Positions 8,333-17,341 of a stretch of DNA of 64,000 nt are shown here, one piece after another (the stretch's first letter is position 1; each line of letters begins with the position of its first letter). The notes beneath the pieces were generated by a model that was not told the DNA's origin, did no database searches, and saw only the letters and a program-made list of their open reading frames with translations. Position numbers and translations under genes: made by a program. Source of the DNA: Eubacterium sp. (GTDB taxonomy: Bacteria > Bacillota > Clostridia > Lachnospirales > Lachnospiraceae); contig JAIKXQ010000059.1 in NCBI GenBank assembly GCA_024684035.1, positions 12,232-76,231 on the forward strand, read 5' to 3'.

Positions 8333-8359
8333 AGTTTACATAAATATGTTATGTAAACT
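8333..8359. other. Perfect 11-5-11 palindrome resembling the Firmicute dif XerD/RipX arm
   Basis: AGTTTACATAA-ATATG-TTATGTAAACT. Confidence 0.4.
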
Positions 8360-8457
8360 CTTGGCTCGTTTCTGTTTTTTGTCATTAAATGCAATCTGTT
8401 GACATTTTTGAGAAAGAAAATATTATAGCGCTTGTTTTGTGATTAATGATGATTGGA

Positions 8458-8682
8458 TACGCGTCAGGCGGCAAAGTCATACACCACGAACGATAGGAAG
8501 CGAAGGAAGTCAGCGCGAGCATAGCTCGCAGGTGCGTAAGCAATGTTTGAGACCGCTTTGTACATCGCCCGAAGGGCATAAGACAAAGCGGTTGAGTTTT
8601 TGCGTGAGCACCTGCAAAAGGCGGCGGAGCGCTGACAAGTTCGCGACGTGTGAGTGGGTATGCTTTGTCACTGACGCGCGTA
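8458..8682 (+). repeat. Structured modular repeat, family 1 copy A (possible ncRNA)
   Basis: Self-complementary ends; nested stems GCAGGTGC/GCACCTGC, ACCGCTTTGT/ACAAAGCGGT and GCCC-GAA-GGGC; related copies at 44138, 48154 and 62426. Confidence 0.75.
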
Positions 8683-8708
8683 ATATATACAAATCTCTTG
8701 ATATATAA

Positions 8709-8744
8709 AACGGGCAACAGATCAATTAGGATCTGTTGCCCGTT
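8709..8744. terminator. Terminator, mainly for the leftward rsfS operon
   Basis: AACGGGCAACAGATC-AATTAG-GATCTGTTGCCCGTT perfect 15-bp stem. Confidence 0.85.
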
Positions 8745-8769
8745 CTTGATAATATGATAAGCGTTTTAG

Positions 8770-9123
8770 TTATTGGAGGTTCTCTTTCTCCACCAGCTTT
8801 CCGTCTCTCCAGATTCTCTCGATATCGTAGAACAGACGGTTCTCCTCGTCAAACAGGTGAACAATGATATCACCGAAGTCCATCAGAATCCAGTTGGCGT
8901 TCTGATATCCCTCCGTATTCTTCACTTCATGTCCGGCTCTTCCGAGAGCCTCGTCCACGGAATCAGCCATGGCCTGTACCTGGTTACGGTTTGAACCGCT
9001 GGCGATGATGAAGTAATCCGCGATGGTTGAGATATCGGAAATATCAAGGATTTTTATATCCAGTGCTTTTTTGTCTTCGAGTGCTGCGACAGCCAGTGCT
9101 GCCATTTCTTTTGCTTCAGGCAT
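8770..9123 (-). CDS. rsfS: Ribosome silencing factor
   Basis: ALEDKKALDIKILD, ADYFIIASG, WILMDFGDIIVH, RLFYDIERIW. Confidence 0.95.
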   Translation of the reverse strand: MPEAKEMAALAVAALEDKKALDIKILDISDISTIADYFIIASGSNRNQVQAMADSVDEALGRAGHEVKNTEGYQNANWILMDFGDIIVHLFDEENRLFYDIERIWRDGKLVEKENLQ

Positions 9124-9167
9124 AGTTTCCTCTCCTTTTGTCATATGTATGTATATGCGTAGTTGAA

Positions 9168-9770
9168 TCAGAATTCTGTTTCTCTTGCGCGGATCAGCTT
9201 CTTGTAATAGGAATAGGCACTGAGTGTGGTGTGATCCATGGACTTCGGATTTTCGCTGAGATAATCTACGGTGTCACGAAGAATCAGATACATGCATTGA
9301 TCAATATCCGAAAATGCAAGCTTGCGGATCTCTGCCAGGTTCGGCTGCTTCTCCCTGTTTGGCTCAATGTAGTCAGAGACAAATACAATTTTTTCAAGGA
9401 GAGTCATGGCCGGTCGTCCGGTCGTGTGCCAGGTGATGGCGTCCAGAACAGCCTGATCATCACAGCCGTACTCTTTTTTTGCCAGATAGGCGCCCAGTTT
9501 TGCGTGAAGAAGTACCGGATGTTCGATCTCGAATTCGGACACGGGGATTTTCTTCTTTTTGCAGATTTCGATTTTCTCACTGTTTGGGATGCACTTTGCG
9601 CAGTCATGCAGCAGTCCGCCCATACGAGCCTGACTGAGGTTGGCGCCGTGCACCATGGCAAGGGCGCAGGCTGTGTATGTCACGCCCATGGTATGGCGGT
9701 AACGGTTCTCTGTCAGTTCTTTCTTAAGCTTTTCTTCTATTTCAGCCCAGATGGTTTTTGTCTTTCCCAT
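9168..9770 (-). CDS. yqeK: HD-domain symmetrical Ap4A hydrolase
   Basis: RYRHTMGV, GLLHDCAK, LLHAKLGA, HTTG; synteny with nadD and rsfS. Confidence 0.92.
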   Translation of the reverse strand: MGKTKTIWAEIEEKLKKELTENRYRHTMGVTYTACALAMVHGANLSQARMGGLLHDCAKCIPNSEKIEICKKKKIPVSEFEIEHPVLLHAKLGAYLAKKEYGCDDQAVLDAITWHTTGRPAMTLLEKIVFVSDYIEPNREKQPNLAEIRKLAFSDIDQCMYLILRDTVDYLSENPKSMDHTTLSAYSYYKKLIRARETEF

Positions 9771-9781
9771 TTGCTGCTCCT

Positions 9782-10405
9782 TTATTCCGAAATACGATAA
9801 AGCGAATGCTCCCGAATGTAGTCGAGGACCGGATCCGGAACATAATATTTAACGGATGCTCCGCTTCCCACCAGTTCCCGAAGATGCTGAGAAGAAATAT
9901 CAAGGTTTGGGGTGTCGAGACGGAGGAAATCTCCGTGATACTGTTCGCGCCGCTTCTGCAACAGAGCCTCAAAAGAATCGTTGCTCATCTGATTTCGTGT
10001 CGCTACCACCAGATGGGCGGCATTTGCGATTCTTTGCGGATTCATCCAGGTGTCAAAATCCACCAGGGAATCAGCACCCATAATAAAATAGAACTCGCAG
10101 TCACTGTATTCACTGTTCAGCGCTTCCAGAAGGCGGTAGGTGTAACTGTACCCATCTTCTCTCATATCAAACAGAGACAGAGCAAAGTGTGGATTTCCCG
10201 CGATGGCCAGCCGGATCATTTGCACCCGGTCTTCATCGGCTGCTCTTCCTGTCCTGTTTCTTTTGTGGGGAGGATTCCCCGCGGGCATGTAGAGAACCTG
10301 ATCCAGATCAAGCTGTCTGTAAGCCTCTTCTCCCAGAATCAGGTGACCGAGATGGATCGGGTTAAAAGTTCCGCCCATAATACCTATCTTCTTTTTCTCA
10401 GTCAT
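9782..10405 (-). CDS. nadD: Nicotinate-nucleotide adenylyltransferase
   Basis: GGTFNPIHLGH, FIMGADS, ISS motifs. Confidence 0.96.
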   Translation of the reverse strand: MTEKKKIGIMGGTFNPIHLGHLILGEEAYRQLDLDQVLYMPAGNPPHKRNRTGRAADEDRVQMIRLAIAGNPHFALSLFDMREDGYSYTYRLLEALNSEYSDCEFYFIMGADSLVDFDTWMNPQRIANAAHLVVATRNQMSNDSFEALLQKRREQYHGDFLRLDTPNLDISSQHLRELVGSGASVKYYVPDPVLDYIREHSLYRISE

Positions 10406-10410
10406 TTTTC

Positions 10411-10704
10411 TTATTTCGGGAGAACAATTTTGCGGTCGTCTCCCTGTCCCTCTTTGTAAAGTACGATTTTCTTACCGATAATCTGAACAACCTGTGATTT
10501 GGTGCGCTCTGCCAGCGTCTGAGCCATTTCTTTCGGGTCATCCATACAGTTCTGGAGGATGCCGATTTTGATCAGCTCACGGGCGATCAGAGCCTCCCGC
10601 ACGTTCTCTGTAAGTTCCGGTGTCACTCCGCTTTTTCCGATGTGCAGAATGGCGTTTTCTTTCATTGCAAGGCTCTTCAGGTAAGCTCTCTGTTTACTTG
10701 TCAT
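10411..10704 (-). CDS. yhbY: RNA-binding protein YhbY (CRM domain)
   Basis: TSKQRAYLKSLA, IGKSG, ELIKI, VVQIIGKKIVLY. Confidence 0.94.
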   Translation of the reverse strand: MTSKQRAYLKSLAMKENAILHIGKSGVTPELTENVREALIARELIKIGILQNCMDDPKEMAQTLAERTKSQVVQIIGKKIVLYKEGQGDDRKIVLPK

Positions 10705-10797
10705 ATATTTCTATCTCCGGTTATCAGGCCTTCCGGCCGTCTGAACAAAACACGTGATCGAATGATCTGTACGTGTTTTATGTCGGTTAACTGCTGC

Positions 10798-12096
10798 TTA
10801 TTTATAATATTCAAAATGGAGGCCGTACATCCTTACGGTATCTCCTTCTTTGATTCCTGCTTCTTCAAGGTCGTTCAGAATGCCGCTGTCTTTGAGGAAT
10901 TTCTGGAAGAACTGGAAGCCCTTCTCGGAATCAAGATTGGTGTAGCCCAACATCTTGTCGATCTTTGGTCCTTCGACAATGAAGGTGTGAGGATCATCCG
11001 GATCGATTTCTACGGTGTAGGGAAGGTTCTCCTCCACCAGCATGACTTCCGGATCAAATTCCGGAACAAAGAACTGTTCTTCCTTCGGGATTTCATCCAG
11101 ACGGTTCTGTACATAGTACAGCAGTTCTTTGAGTCCTTTTCCGGTTGCGGCTGAAATCGGGAATATTTTGTAACCCTTAGGCTCAAATTCTTTGCGGATT
11201 TTTTCTACCGGATCTTCTTCTCCATCCTCTGTAAAAATCAGATCCGTCTTGTTGGCTGCGATGACCTGCGGAAGGTTTGCGAGTCTCTCACTGTAGCGGG
11301 AGAGCTCGTTGTTGATCTTGTTGATGTCATCGATGGGATCACGTCCCTCGGAGCCTGCTGCGTCCACTTCATGGATGAGCATACGGCAGCGCTCGATGTG
11401 TCTGAGGAATTCATCTCCCAGACCCGCTCCTTCTGAAGCTCCTTCGATCAGTCCCGGTATATCCGCGATGACAAAGCCGTTACAGCCCTCTACGTCTACG
11501 ACGCCAAGGTTCGGCACAAGGGTCGTGAAATGGTAGGCCGCAATTTTGGGCTGAGCGTTACTTACCCTGGACAGGAAGGTGGATTTTCCGACGCTGGGGA
11601 AACCTACGAGACCAACATCCGCGATGAGCTTGAGTTCCAGTCTCACTTCAATTTCACGGGCGGGCTGACCGGGTTGCGCAAATTTTGGAACCTGCATGGT
11701 GGCTGTGGCGAAGTTCATATTTCCTTTGCCGCCTCGTCCACCCTTCAGGATGACCTGTCTTCTGTTGTCACCGGACATATCGGCGATGACCTTGCCGGAG
11801 GCTGCATCCATGATGACGGTGCCTTCGGGAACTTTCAGGATGATATCCTGTCCATCCTTGCCGTGGCAGCGCTTCTTACCGCCCTCCTGACCGTCACCGG
11901 CCTTGAATTTATATTTGTGACGGAAGGGAGCCAGCGTATTGAGACCTTCGTCGACTTCGAATACTATGCTTCCGCCATTGCCTCCGTCACCTCCGTCGGG
12001 TCCGCCGGCGGCCACGTATTTTTCGCGGCGGAAGCTCACATGGCCGTCTCCGCCTTTGCCGGAAACAATTAAGATTTTTGCACGATCTGCAAACAT
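10798..12096 (-). CDS. obgE: GTPase ObgE/CgtA
   Basis: Gly-rich Obg fold, GFPSVGKST, FTTLVPNLG, DIPGLIEG, NKTD. Confidence 0.97.
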   Translation of the reverse strand: MFADRAKILIVSGKGGDGHVSFRREKYVAAGGPDGGDGGNGGSIVFEVDEGLNTLAPFRHKYKFKAGDGQEGGKKRCHGKDGQDIILKVPEGTVIMDAASGKVIADMSGDNRRQVILKGGRGGKGNMNFATATMQVPKFAQPGQPAREIEVRLELKLIADVGLVGFPSVGKSTFLSRVSNAQPKIAAYHFTTLVPNLGVVDVEGCNGFVIADIPGLIEGASEGAGLGDEFLRHIERCRMLIHEVDAAGSEGRDPIDDINKINNELSRYSERLANLPQVIAANKTDLIFTEDGEEDPVEKIRKEFEPKGYKIFPISAATGKGLKELLYYVQNRLDEIPKEEQFFVPEFDPEVMLVEENLPYTVEIDPDDPHTFIVEGPKIDKMLGYTNLDSEKGFQFFQKFLKDSGILNDLEEAGIKEGDTVRMYGLHFEYYK

Positions 12097-12157
12097 GTTC
12101 TTTCACCTCTGTAATGGTACAACTGTCAGTTACCAGTGGGATGCTGCCTCTTCCGGT

Positions 12158-12183
12158 ATAGGGATTGCGGAGCAATTTCCTAT
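12158..12183 (-). repeat. REP-like hairpin core, family 3 copy 2 (extended stem 12141-12200)
   Basis: Reverse complement ATAGGAAATTGCTCCGCAATCCCTAT. Confidence 0.75.
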
Positions 12184-12191
12184 GCCGTGAA

Positions 12192-12250
12192 GAAGGCAAC
12201 TTATATAGCAGACGCATCTGCGTCATGCGTCTGTTATATAAATTGCCTTC
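12192..12250. other. 26-bp-stem inverted repeat between rpmA and obgE
   Basis: GAAGGCAACTTATATAGCAGACGCAT-CTGCGTC-ATGCGTCTGTTATATAAATTGCCTTC. Confidence 0.7.
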
Positions 12251-12319
12251 CATTTATGTGTTCCTGCTATTCCAAAAGAGGAGCCATCACACTGTGACAG
12301 CCCCTCTAATGTTCATAAA

Positions 12320-12613
12320 TTATTCAGCTGCTTCAGCCTGCGGAATTACAGAACAAATCTTTCTGTCTCTTCCTTTTCTTGAAAATCTGACAACACCGTC
12401 AACCATTGCGAAAAGTGTGTCATCTTTTCCAAGACCTACATTCAGACCTGGATGAATATGAGTTCCACGCTGTCTGTAAAGGATGTTTCCGGCTTTAACG
12501 AACTGTCCGTCTGCTCTCTTGGCACCAAGTCTCTTGGACTCAGAATCACGGCCGTTCTTTGTGGAACCTACTCCCTTTTTATGAGCGAAGAACTGAAGAT
12601 TTAACTTCATCAT
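12320..12613 (-). CDS. rpmA: 50S ribosomal protein L27 with Prp-cleaved N-terminal extension
   Basis: [29 protein letters not shown]. Confidence 0.97.
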   Translation of the reverse strand: MMKLNLQFFAHKKGVGSTKNGRDSESKRLGAKRADGQFVKAGNILYRQRGTHIHPGLNVGLGKDDTLFAMVDGVVRFSRKGRDRKICSVIPQAEAAE

Positions 12614-12616
12614 TTC

Positions 12617-12949
12617 TTACACCTCCATGAAATTAACATCGACGAAATCCTTATAGGCGTCTTCTTCCTGCATATCGGAAAGAGTCTGTGCAAGTGCCTT
12701 TACAAAGAGTTCCGCGTCGTGACTGATCTTCCCTTTCAGAGAAAAACTGATCACTGCATTCTCCTCGTCGGCAGAACTGTCTGTCTCCTGAGCTGTAAAT
12801 CTCTCGACCGCATTGATCGTGTGAATCACAAGCGCTGATATAGCGGCACAGACGATATCTTCGCCTGCCTCAGCATAACCGGCATGATCTGCTGCCTTGA
12901 AACCTGTCAGCTGTCCGTTCCGATTCTGATAAAAAGTAACCCTAGTCAT
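12617..12949 (-). CDS. prp: Ribosomal-processing cysteine protease
   Basis: DHAGYA..GEDIVCAAISAL; lies between rplU and rpmA. Confidence 0.92.
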   Translation of the reverse strand: MTRVTFYQNRNGQLTGFKAADHAGYAEAGEDIVCAAISALVIHTINAVERFTAQETDSSADEENAVISFSLKGKISHDAELFVKALAQTLSDMQEEDAYKDFVDVNFMEV

Positions 12950-12974
12950 TTCGATTTGACTTCAGACATTATAC

Positions 12975-13283
12975 TTAAGCATTGATCTTGTTGATCTGTA
13001 CTTTTGTATACTCCTGTCTATGGCCGTTTTTCTTGTGATAGCCAGTCTTTCTCTTGTACTTGTAAACGATAACCTTCTTAGCTTTTCCGTTAGCAAGAAC
13101 AGTAGCCTCAACAGAAGCTTTTGCTGCGTCATCGCCAACTTTGATGGCTGCGTCATCGCGAACTGCAAGTACCTGATCGAAAGTTACTTTGTCGCCGGCC
13201 TCAGCTCCGAGTTTCTCAACACGGATAACATCACCCTCGGCTACTTTGTACTGTTTACCACCAGTTGCAATAATAGCGTACAT
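12975..13283 (-). CDS. rplU: 50S ribosomal protein L21
   Basis: [28 protein letters not shown]. Confidence 0.97.
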   Translation of the reverse strand: MYAIIATGGKQYKVAEGDVIRVEKLGAEAGDKVTFDQVLAVRDDAAIKVGDDAAKASVEATVLANGKAKKVIVYKYKRKTGYHKKNGHRQEYTKVQINKINA

Positions 13284-13296
13284 ATAGGACACCTCC

Positions 13297-13366
13297 TACT
13301 TTCTAAAAACTCGCCAGATTCGGTGACCGTTTACACGGTACTTAAACCCCTCTGCGCGGCATACTT
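13297..13366 (-). promoter_or_regulatory. Probable L21 leader RNA
   Basis: GC-rich 5' leader of rplU with GCCGCGC...CTGGCGAG elements at the position expected for the L21 leader. Confidence 0.45.
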
Positions 13367-13464
13367 CCATATTATTACATGGAGAACTTTATTTGTCAAT
13401 AACAATTTGACGGACAAAAGACGGACAAATCATTGTCGAAACATTGTCTCACCAATCATCGTCC

Positions 13465-14343
13465 TCAGATCACAACCTTGTGGCTGACCGTGACGGCGAG
13501 ACTTCCGGGTCCGATGTGGCAGCCTACAACCAGAGAAAGCGGATCCCCTGTGATTTCATATCCGGGGAAGGCTTCTTTGAGTTCTGCCTCCCATTCTTTG
13601 ACATCCTCGGGTGCGTCTCCCTCAGAGTATGCGTAGCGGATCACGGCCTCACCCTTATCGGTAAAGTCTTTGAAGCGTCCCTCCATATCTTTGCGGATGG
13701 CGTCGATCATCGTCTTCTTTGCCTGTCTGGTTCCGCGGCATTTTGCGAAGGCGTCCAGTTTTTCACCCTGGATCTGCAGAACAGGTTTGATATGAAGAAC
13801 ACTTCCGATCAGAGCTGCCGCAGGTGTGACACGCCCGCCCTTTTTCAGGAACTTCAGGGTATCAACCATGATGTAGATGCTGGAATTGAACTTCTCTTCC
13901 TCCAGTTTTTCACGGATCTGCGCGGCACTCCATCCGTTATAGGAAAGGTAGAGCGCATCCTCTACGGACTGACGCATGGTGACGGAGATACGCTGGTTGT
14001 TTATGACTTCTACTCTTCCGTCATAGTCCTCGGCGAGAAGTTTTGCCGTCTGATAGGAATTGGAGAGACCGCTGGAGAGCGGGATGTAAACAAGTTCATC
14101 ATTCTCCTCCAGAACCTTGTCCCAGAGTTCGGTGACCTCAGCGGGTGCCGGTTGGGATGTGGAAATGTTGAGTTCCGGATCTTCGAGCATCTCGAAGAAT
14201 TCTTTCTGTGTAATATCAATGTCTTCACGAAGAAGTTTATCATTCATCAGGAAAGCCATCGGAAGGACATAGACGCCCAGTTCCTTTGCCTGATCCTGTG
14301 TAATACCGCAGTTACTGTCTGTGACTACAGCGACTTTTCTCAT
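13465..14343 (-). CDS. DegV family fatty-acid-binding protein
   Basis: VVTDSNC, STSQP, LSSGLSNSYQ, LKFLKKGGR, GCHIGPG. Confidence 0.93.
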   Translation of the reverse strand: MRKVAVVTDSNCGITQDQAKELGVYVLPMAFLMNDKLLREDIDITQKEFFEMLEDPELNISTSQPAPAEVTELWDKVLEENDELVYIPLSSGLSNSYQTAKLLAEDYDGRVEVINNQRISVTMRQSVEDALYLSYNGWSAAQIREKLEEEKFNSSIYIMVDTLKFLKKGGRVTPAAALIGSVLHIKPVLQIQGEKLDAFAKCRGTRQAKKTMIDAIRKDMEGRFKDFTDKGEAVIRYAYSEGDAPEDVKEWEAELKEAFPGYEITGDPLSLVVGCHIGPGSLAVTVSHKVVI

Positions 14344-14379
14344 ACTGGTAAAACCTCCTGGGGTTACTGCTGAAAAAAA

Positions 14380-15369
14380 TTATCCGATGACTGCATCTGT
14401 GAAAATGAGTATCAGACCAACACATAAAATAATAACGGTTGGTATAATAATTTGCAAGAGTGTCTTGCGTTCCCGCCCCTGAACGAGGAACGCTGGTTTG
14501 ACGACGGACTCTGATCTCCGGATGAGCCAGCATCCGGTGTAGATCAGAAGAGGTACAGGTAAACCGTACATACACAGGACAACTCCCACGGTACTTCCCG
14601 TCAGATGGACGCTGTTCAGCAGTTTTGCGGAATCCACCGGAACCATGCTCCTGGCCAGAAGACTGGCTACGATCAACATGGAGTTGTAGAGGAAATGCAG
14701 AAGCATCGTGTAAAAAATATTATCGGTCTCCAGCATGATCCAGGCGGCAATCACGCCCATCAGGATCGGCATGGACCATCTGACCGGCGAGATGTGAAAA
14801 ACTCCGAAGAGAATGCCGGTGAGTGCCATAATCAGTGGTCTTGACCGGAAAGAATTTTTCAGGCCGCGGAAGATAATTCCTCTGTGAAGGATTTCTTCGG
14901 TGACTGCCGGTGCAAGGGTCGTACTGATCAGCATCAGAAAAACGGAACTGCCCGAAAGCATACTGCTGCTGATATCCTCAGAAGCAGAGACGGTCTGACT
15001 CGGAAACAGCCACAGAGTGAGCATGGAAATCGCCTGCGCGGACAGAAAAAAGGAAATCAGAATCACGAAGATTCCGCCGATGGCCACACCTTTCGGTTTC
15101 CGGAAGGGAAGAACCGAGGAAATATGATTTTTCATCAGAAGGATGAAAAGCAGACTGGCGATGACGAAGAACACCAGCTCAGAGAACATATTTGCCAGCT
15201 GTGGACTTGGGAGCAGCCTGTACACGAAGCGCCCGGTGTACAGGAAGGCCAGTGTTGTGGCCACAGCAAAAATCAGAGCCTGCCAGAAACGAATGGGGCC
15301 TCTCTTGAAAAAGTGCCGCCGGATATGCCGCGGTTTTGAATTTGCAATACTGCTGTAAGGAATATCCAT
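14380..15369 (-). CDS. CPBP/CAAX family intramembrane metalloprotease
   Basis: Multi-TM protein; PAVTEEILHRG, LFGVFH, LHFLYN motifs. Confidence 0.88.
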   Translation of the reverse strand: MDIPYSSIANSKPRHIRRHFFKRGPIRFWQALIFAVATTLAFLYTGRFVYRLLPSPQLANMFSELVFFVIASLLFILLMKNHISSVLPFRKPKGVAIGGIFVILISFFLSAQAISMLTLWLFPSQTVSASEDISSSMLSGSSVFLMLISTTLAPAVTEEILHRGIIFRGLKNSFRSRPLIMALTGILFGVFHISPVRWSMPILMGVIAAWIMLETDNIFYTMLLHFLYNSMLIVASLLARSMVPVDSAKLLNSVHLTGSTVGVVLCMYGLPVPLLIYTGCWLIRRSESVVKPAFLVQGRERKTLLQIIIPTVIILCVGLILIFTDAVIG

Positions 15370-15371
15370 AA

Positions 15372-16565
15372 CTATCTCCCCTGTGAATAAGCTGTGGTAA
15401 GAGCGCTGTGCTGTTCGGCCAGAGAACGGCGAACCTTGCGTCTCGTGACCTCCATGATGTCCAGAGCGGTGAGATCAACTACTTTCGTGGAGACCACATC
15501 CCTCTTCACGAAGTCCTGCATGAGCTCAATGAGTTCTTTGCGATCTTCCGGATCTTTCATATTTATAAAGTCAATCAGAATCGTTCCGGAGAGCTGTCGA
15601 AGCCGGATTTGTCTGGCACTCTCTTCTGCTGCCTCCGCGTTGGTCATTCTGACCATGGAGCGGTAATCCTTGTTGCCGGAATACCGGCCGGTGTTTACGT
15701 CAATGGCGCAAAAGGCCTCTGTCTGCTCAATGACAAGAAAACCGCCGGATTTAAGCCATACTCTCTTTGAGGTGAGCTCGGTAAACAACGTTGTGAGATT
15801 ATAAATGCGAAAAAGTTCCACCATATCATCCTTGTAGAGCTCGCATTTTACCCGGTGCTCCGGATCTACACGGTGTAGAAAGTCCTGCGTTTCAGCATGA
15901 ATCTCCGGCAGATCTGTCACGATTCTGTTCAGATGAAGGAAGGAGCATTGACGGATCATGCGGATCCACTCCGGATCTTCTCTGTAGAGGCAGGTACCGG
16001 TGGTTCTGGACGGACCGTAAGTCGTGATATATTCCATCTTCCCGGCCAGTTGCTTCCACTCTTCCTCTAATTCCTTCTCTCCTGCCTGTGCCGCGTTGGT
16101 GCGGATGATCACGCCGAAAGTGGCGTCATACATAGGTTTCAGCAGAGCCTTCAGACGGCTTCGATCTTCCTCGTGAAGCTTTTTGGAGAAGTTCATCGTG
16201 GGTCTTCCTGAAGTAAAAACCAGCCACCTGCCGGCCAGATTGATATTTGTAGTCAGTCTCGGAAGTTTCTGCTTGAGAGCTTCCTTTTCAATCTGAACGA
16301 TGACCGAATCACCTTCGTGAAGAGTGGACAGTTCCTCCCCGGTAAGAGGGAGGAAGCCGTTGGAATCCTCGTGAAAGCGGACAAAGGCAGCCGAGAGACT
16401 TTTCTGTATCTTCTCAACCCGTCCGACATATACATTGCCAAGGACGGGGCGCTGTCCTGCCGGTGTCAGACAGAATTCTGCCGGTTTTCCGTCCTCATAG
16501 AGAACGGTGGCCACAGTCTCTTTTCCCTCCGCGGGGAAAGCTGCAACGACAATCTTCTGTTCCAT
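15372..16565 (-). CDS. rng: Ribonuclease E/G family protein
   Basis: S1-like GNVYVGRV..AAFV, AIDVNTG, IRLRQLSGTILIDFI. Confidence 0.92.
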   Translation of the reverse strand: MEQKIVVAAFPAEGKETVATVLYEDGKPAEFCLTPAGQRPVLGNVYVGRVEKIQKSLSAAFVRFHEDSNGFLPLTGEELSTLHEGDSVIVQIEKEALKQKLPRLTTNINLAGRWLVFTSGRPTMNFSKKLHEEDRSRLKALLKPMYDATFGVIIRTNAAQAGEKELEEEWKQLAGKMEYITTYGPSRTTGTCLYREDPEWIRMIRQCSFLHLNRIVTDLPEIHAETQDFLHRVDPEHRVKCELYKDDMVELFRIYNLTTLFTELTSKRVWLKSGGFLVIEQTEAFCAIDVNTGRYSGNKDYRSMVRMTNAEAAEESARQIRLRQLSGTILIDFINMKDPEDRKELIELMQDFVKRDVVSTKVVDLTALDIMEVTRRKVRRSLAEQHSALTTAYSQGR

Positions 16566-17341
16566 CAGAATTCCTTTCCCAGAGCGTCGAGAGCTACCAG
16601 TTTTCTGCTGCCCCCTTCGCCGAGATCAGCGAAAATATTGTTTCTGTGAACCAGGATGGCGTTGTCCGGGATTTCAAAACCTGCGTATGCGGCGAAGGCC
16701 TGCACCACAAGATCCGGTTTCAGATTGTGAACGCTGCCTGTGGCAAGTGTCATGCGGAAGGCGATCCGTTCCGCCTCCACTCCTGCCGGATGATTCTCCA
16801 GGGTTGCGTCGTCAAGATTGATCATGCGGAGTTTGTAGATCCAGGGATGGATGTCAACTTCCGCCTCGCTTCTTTTGGTCTTGCGCATGACCTTGATTTC
16901 CGGAAGATCCATGAAGGCAACGAGTTTTTCTTTCAGGTTGTCCGGGAAGGCCACCCGTCCCTTGCGGAAGCTGACGGTGTAATCCGCTGCAGCGACAACT
17001 GTCATTCCCTTGGAGGCTTTTGTCTCCGGAATCTGTACCACGCTCTCCACGGTGATGCCGTCTGCCATCTGACTGTTCAGAAGCTTCAGGAAAGTCTCAG
17101 ACGTGATGCCTGCCTTTGCCATGCCCTCATCCTTGAGATCCAGGTCAAAATATTCTCCGGAGCTTGTCTTGCCTACACCCAGAGGAGCGGCAAAGGACAT
17201 CAGCATGTGCGGGCTGAAGCCGGTGGAAAGGGCAAAGGGAAGCTCCGCACGGCGCAGAGCCTTCTGGAAATATCTCATAACATCCAGATGACCGATAAAT
17301 TTGAGACATCCGGTTTTGGTGAATTTAACTCTTACTCTCAA
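16565..17341 (-). CDS. Radical SAM-associated protein (TIGR03936-type)
   Basis: RVKFTKTG.LKFIGHLDVMR..ALRRAELP..STGFSPH..FAAPLGVG. Confidence 0.9.
   Translation of the reverse strand: MRVRVKFTKTGCLKFIGHLDVMRYFQKALRRAELPFALSTGFSPHMLMSFAAPLGVGKTSSGEYFDLDLKDEGMAKAGITSETFLKLLNSQMADGITVESVVQIPETKASKGMTVVAAADYTVSFRKGRVAFPDNLKEKLVAFMDLPEIKVMRKTKRSEAEVDIHPWIYKLRMINLDDATLENHPAGVEAERIAFRMTLATGSVHNLKPDLVVQAFAAYAGFEIPDNAILVHRNNIFADLGEGGSRKLVALDALGKEF

Noticed and set aside
8439-8708. 89-aa ORF and its counterparts at 44075-44284 and 44108-44395 as a small protein family
   Set aside because: Their similarity comes from the shared DNA repeat; no SD, no domain, and frames are not preserved between copies
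13408-13429. Direct repeat GACGGACAAA x2 upstream of rplU
   Set aside because: Only two short units, with no array or other copies
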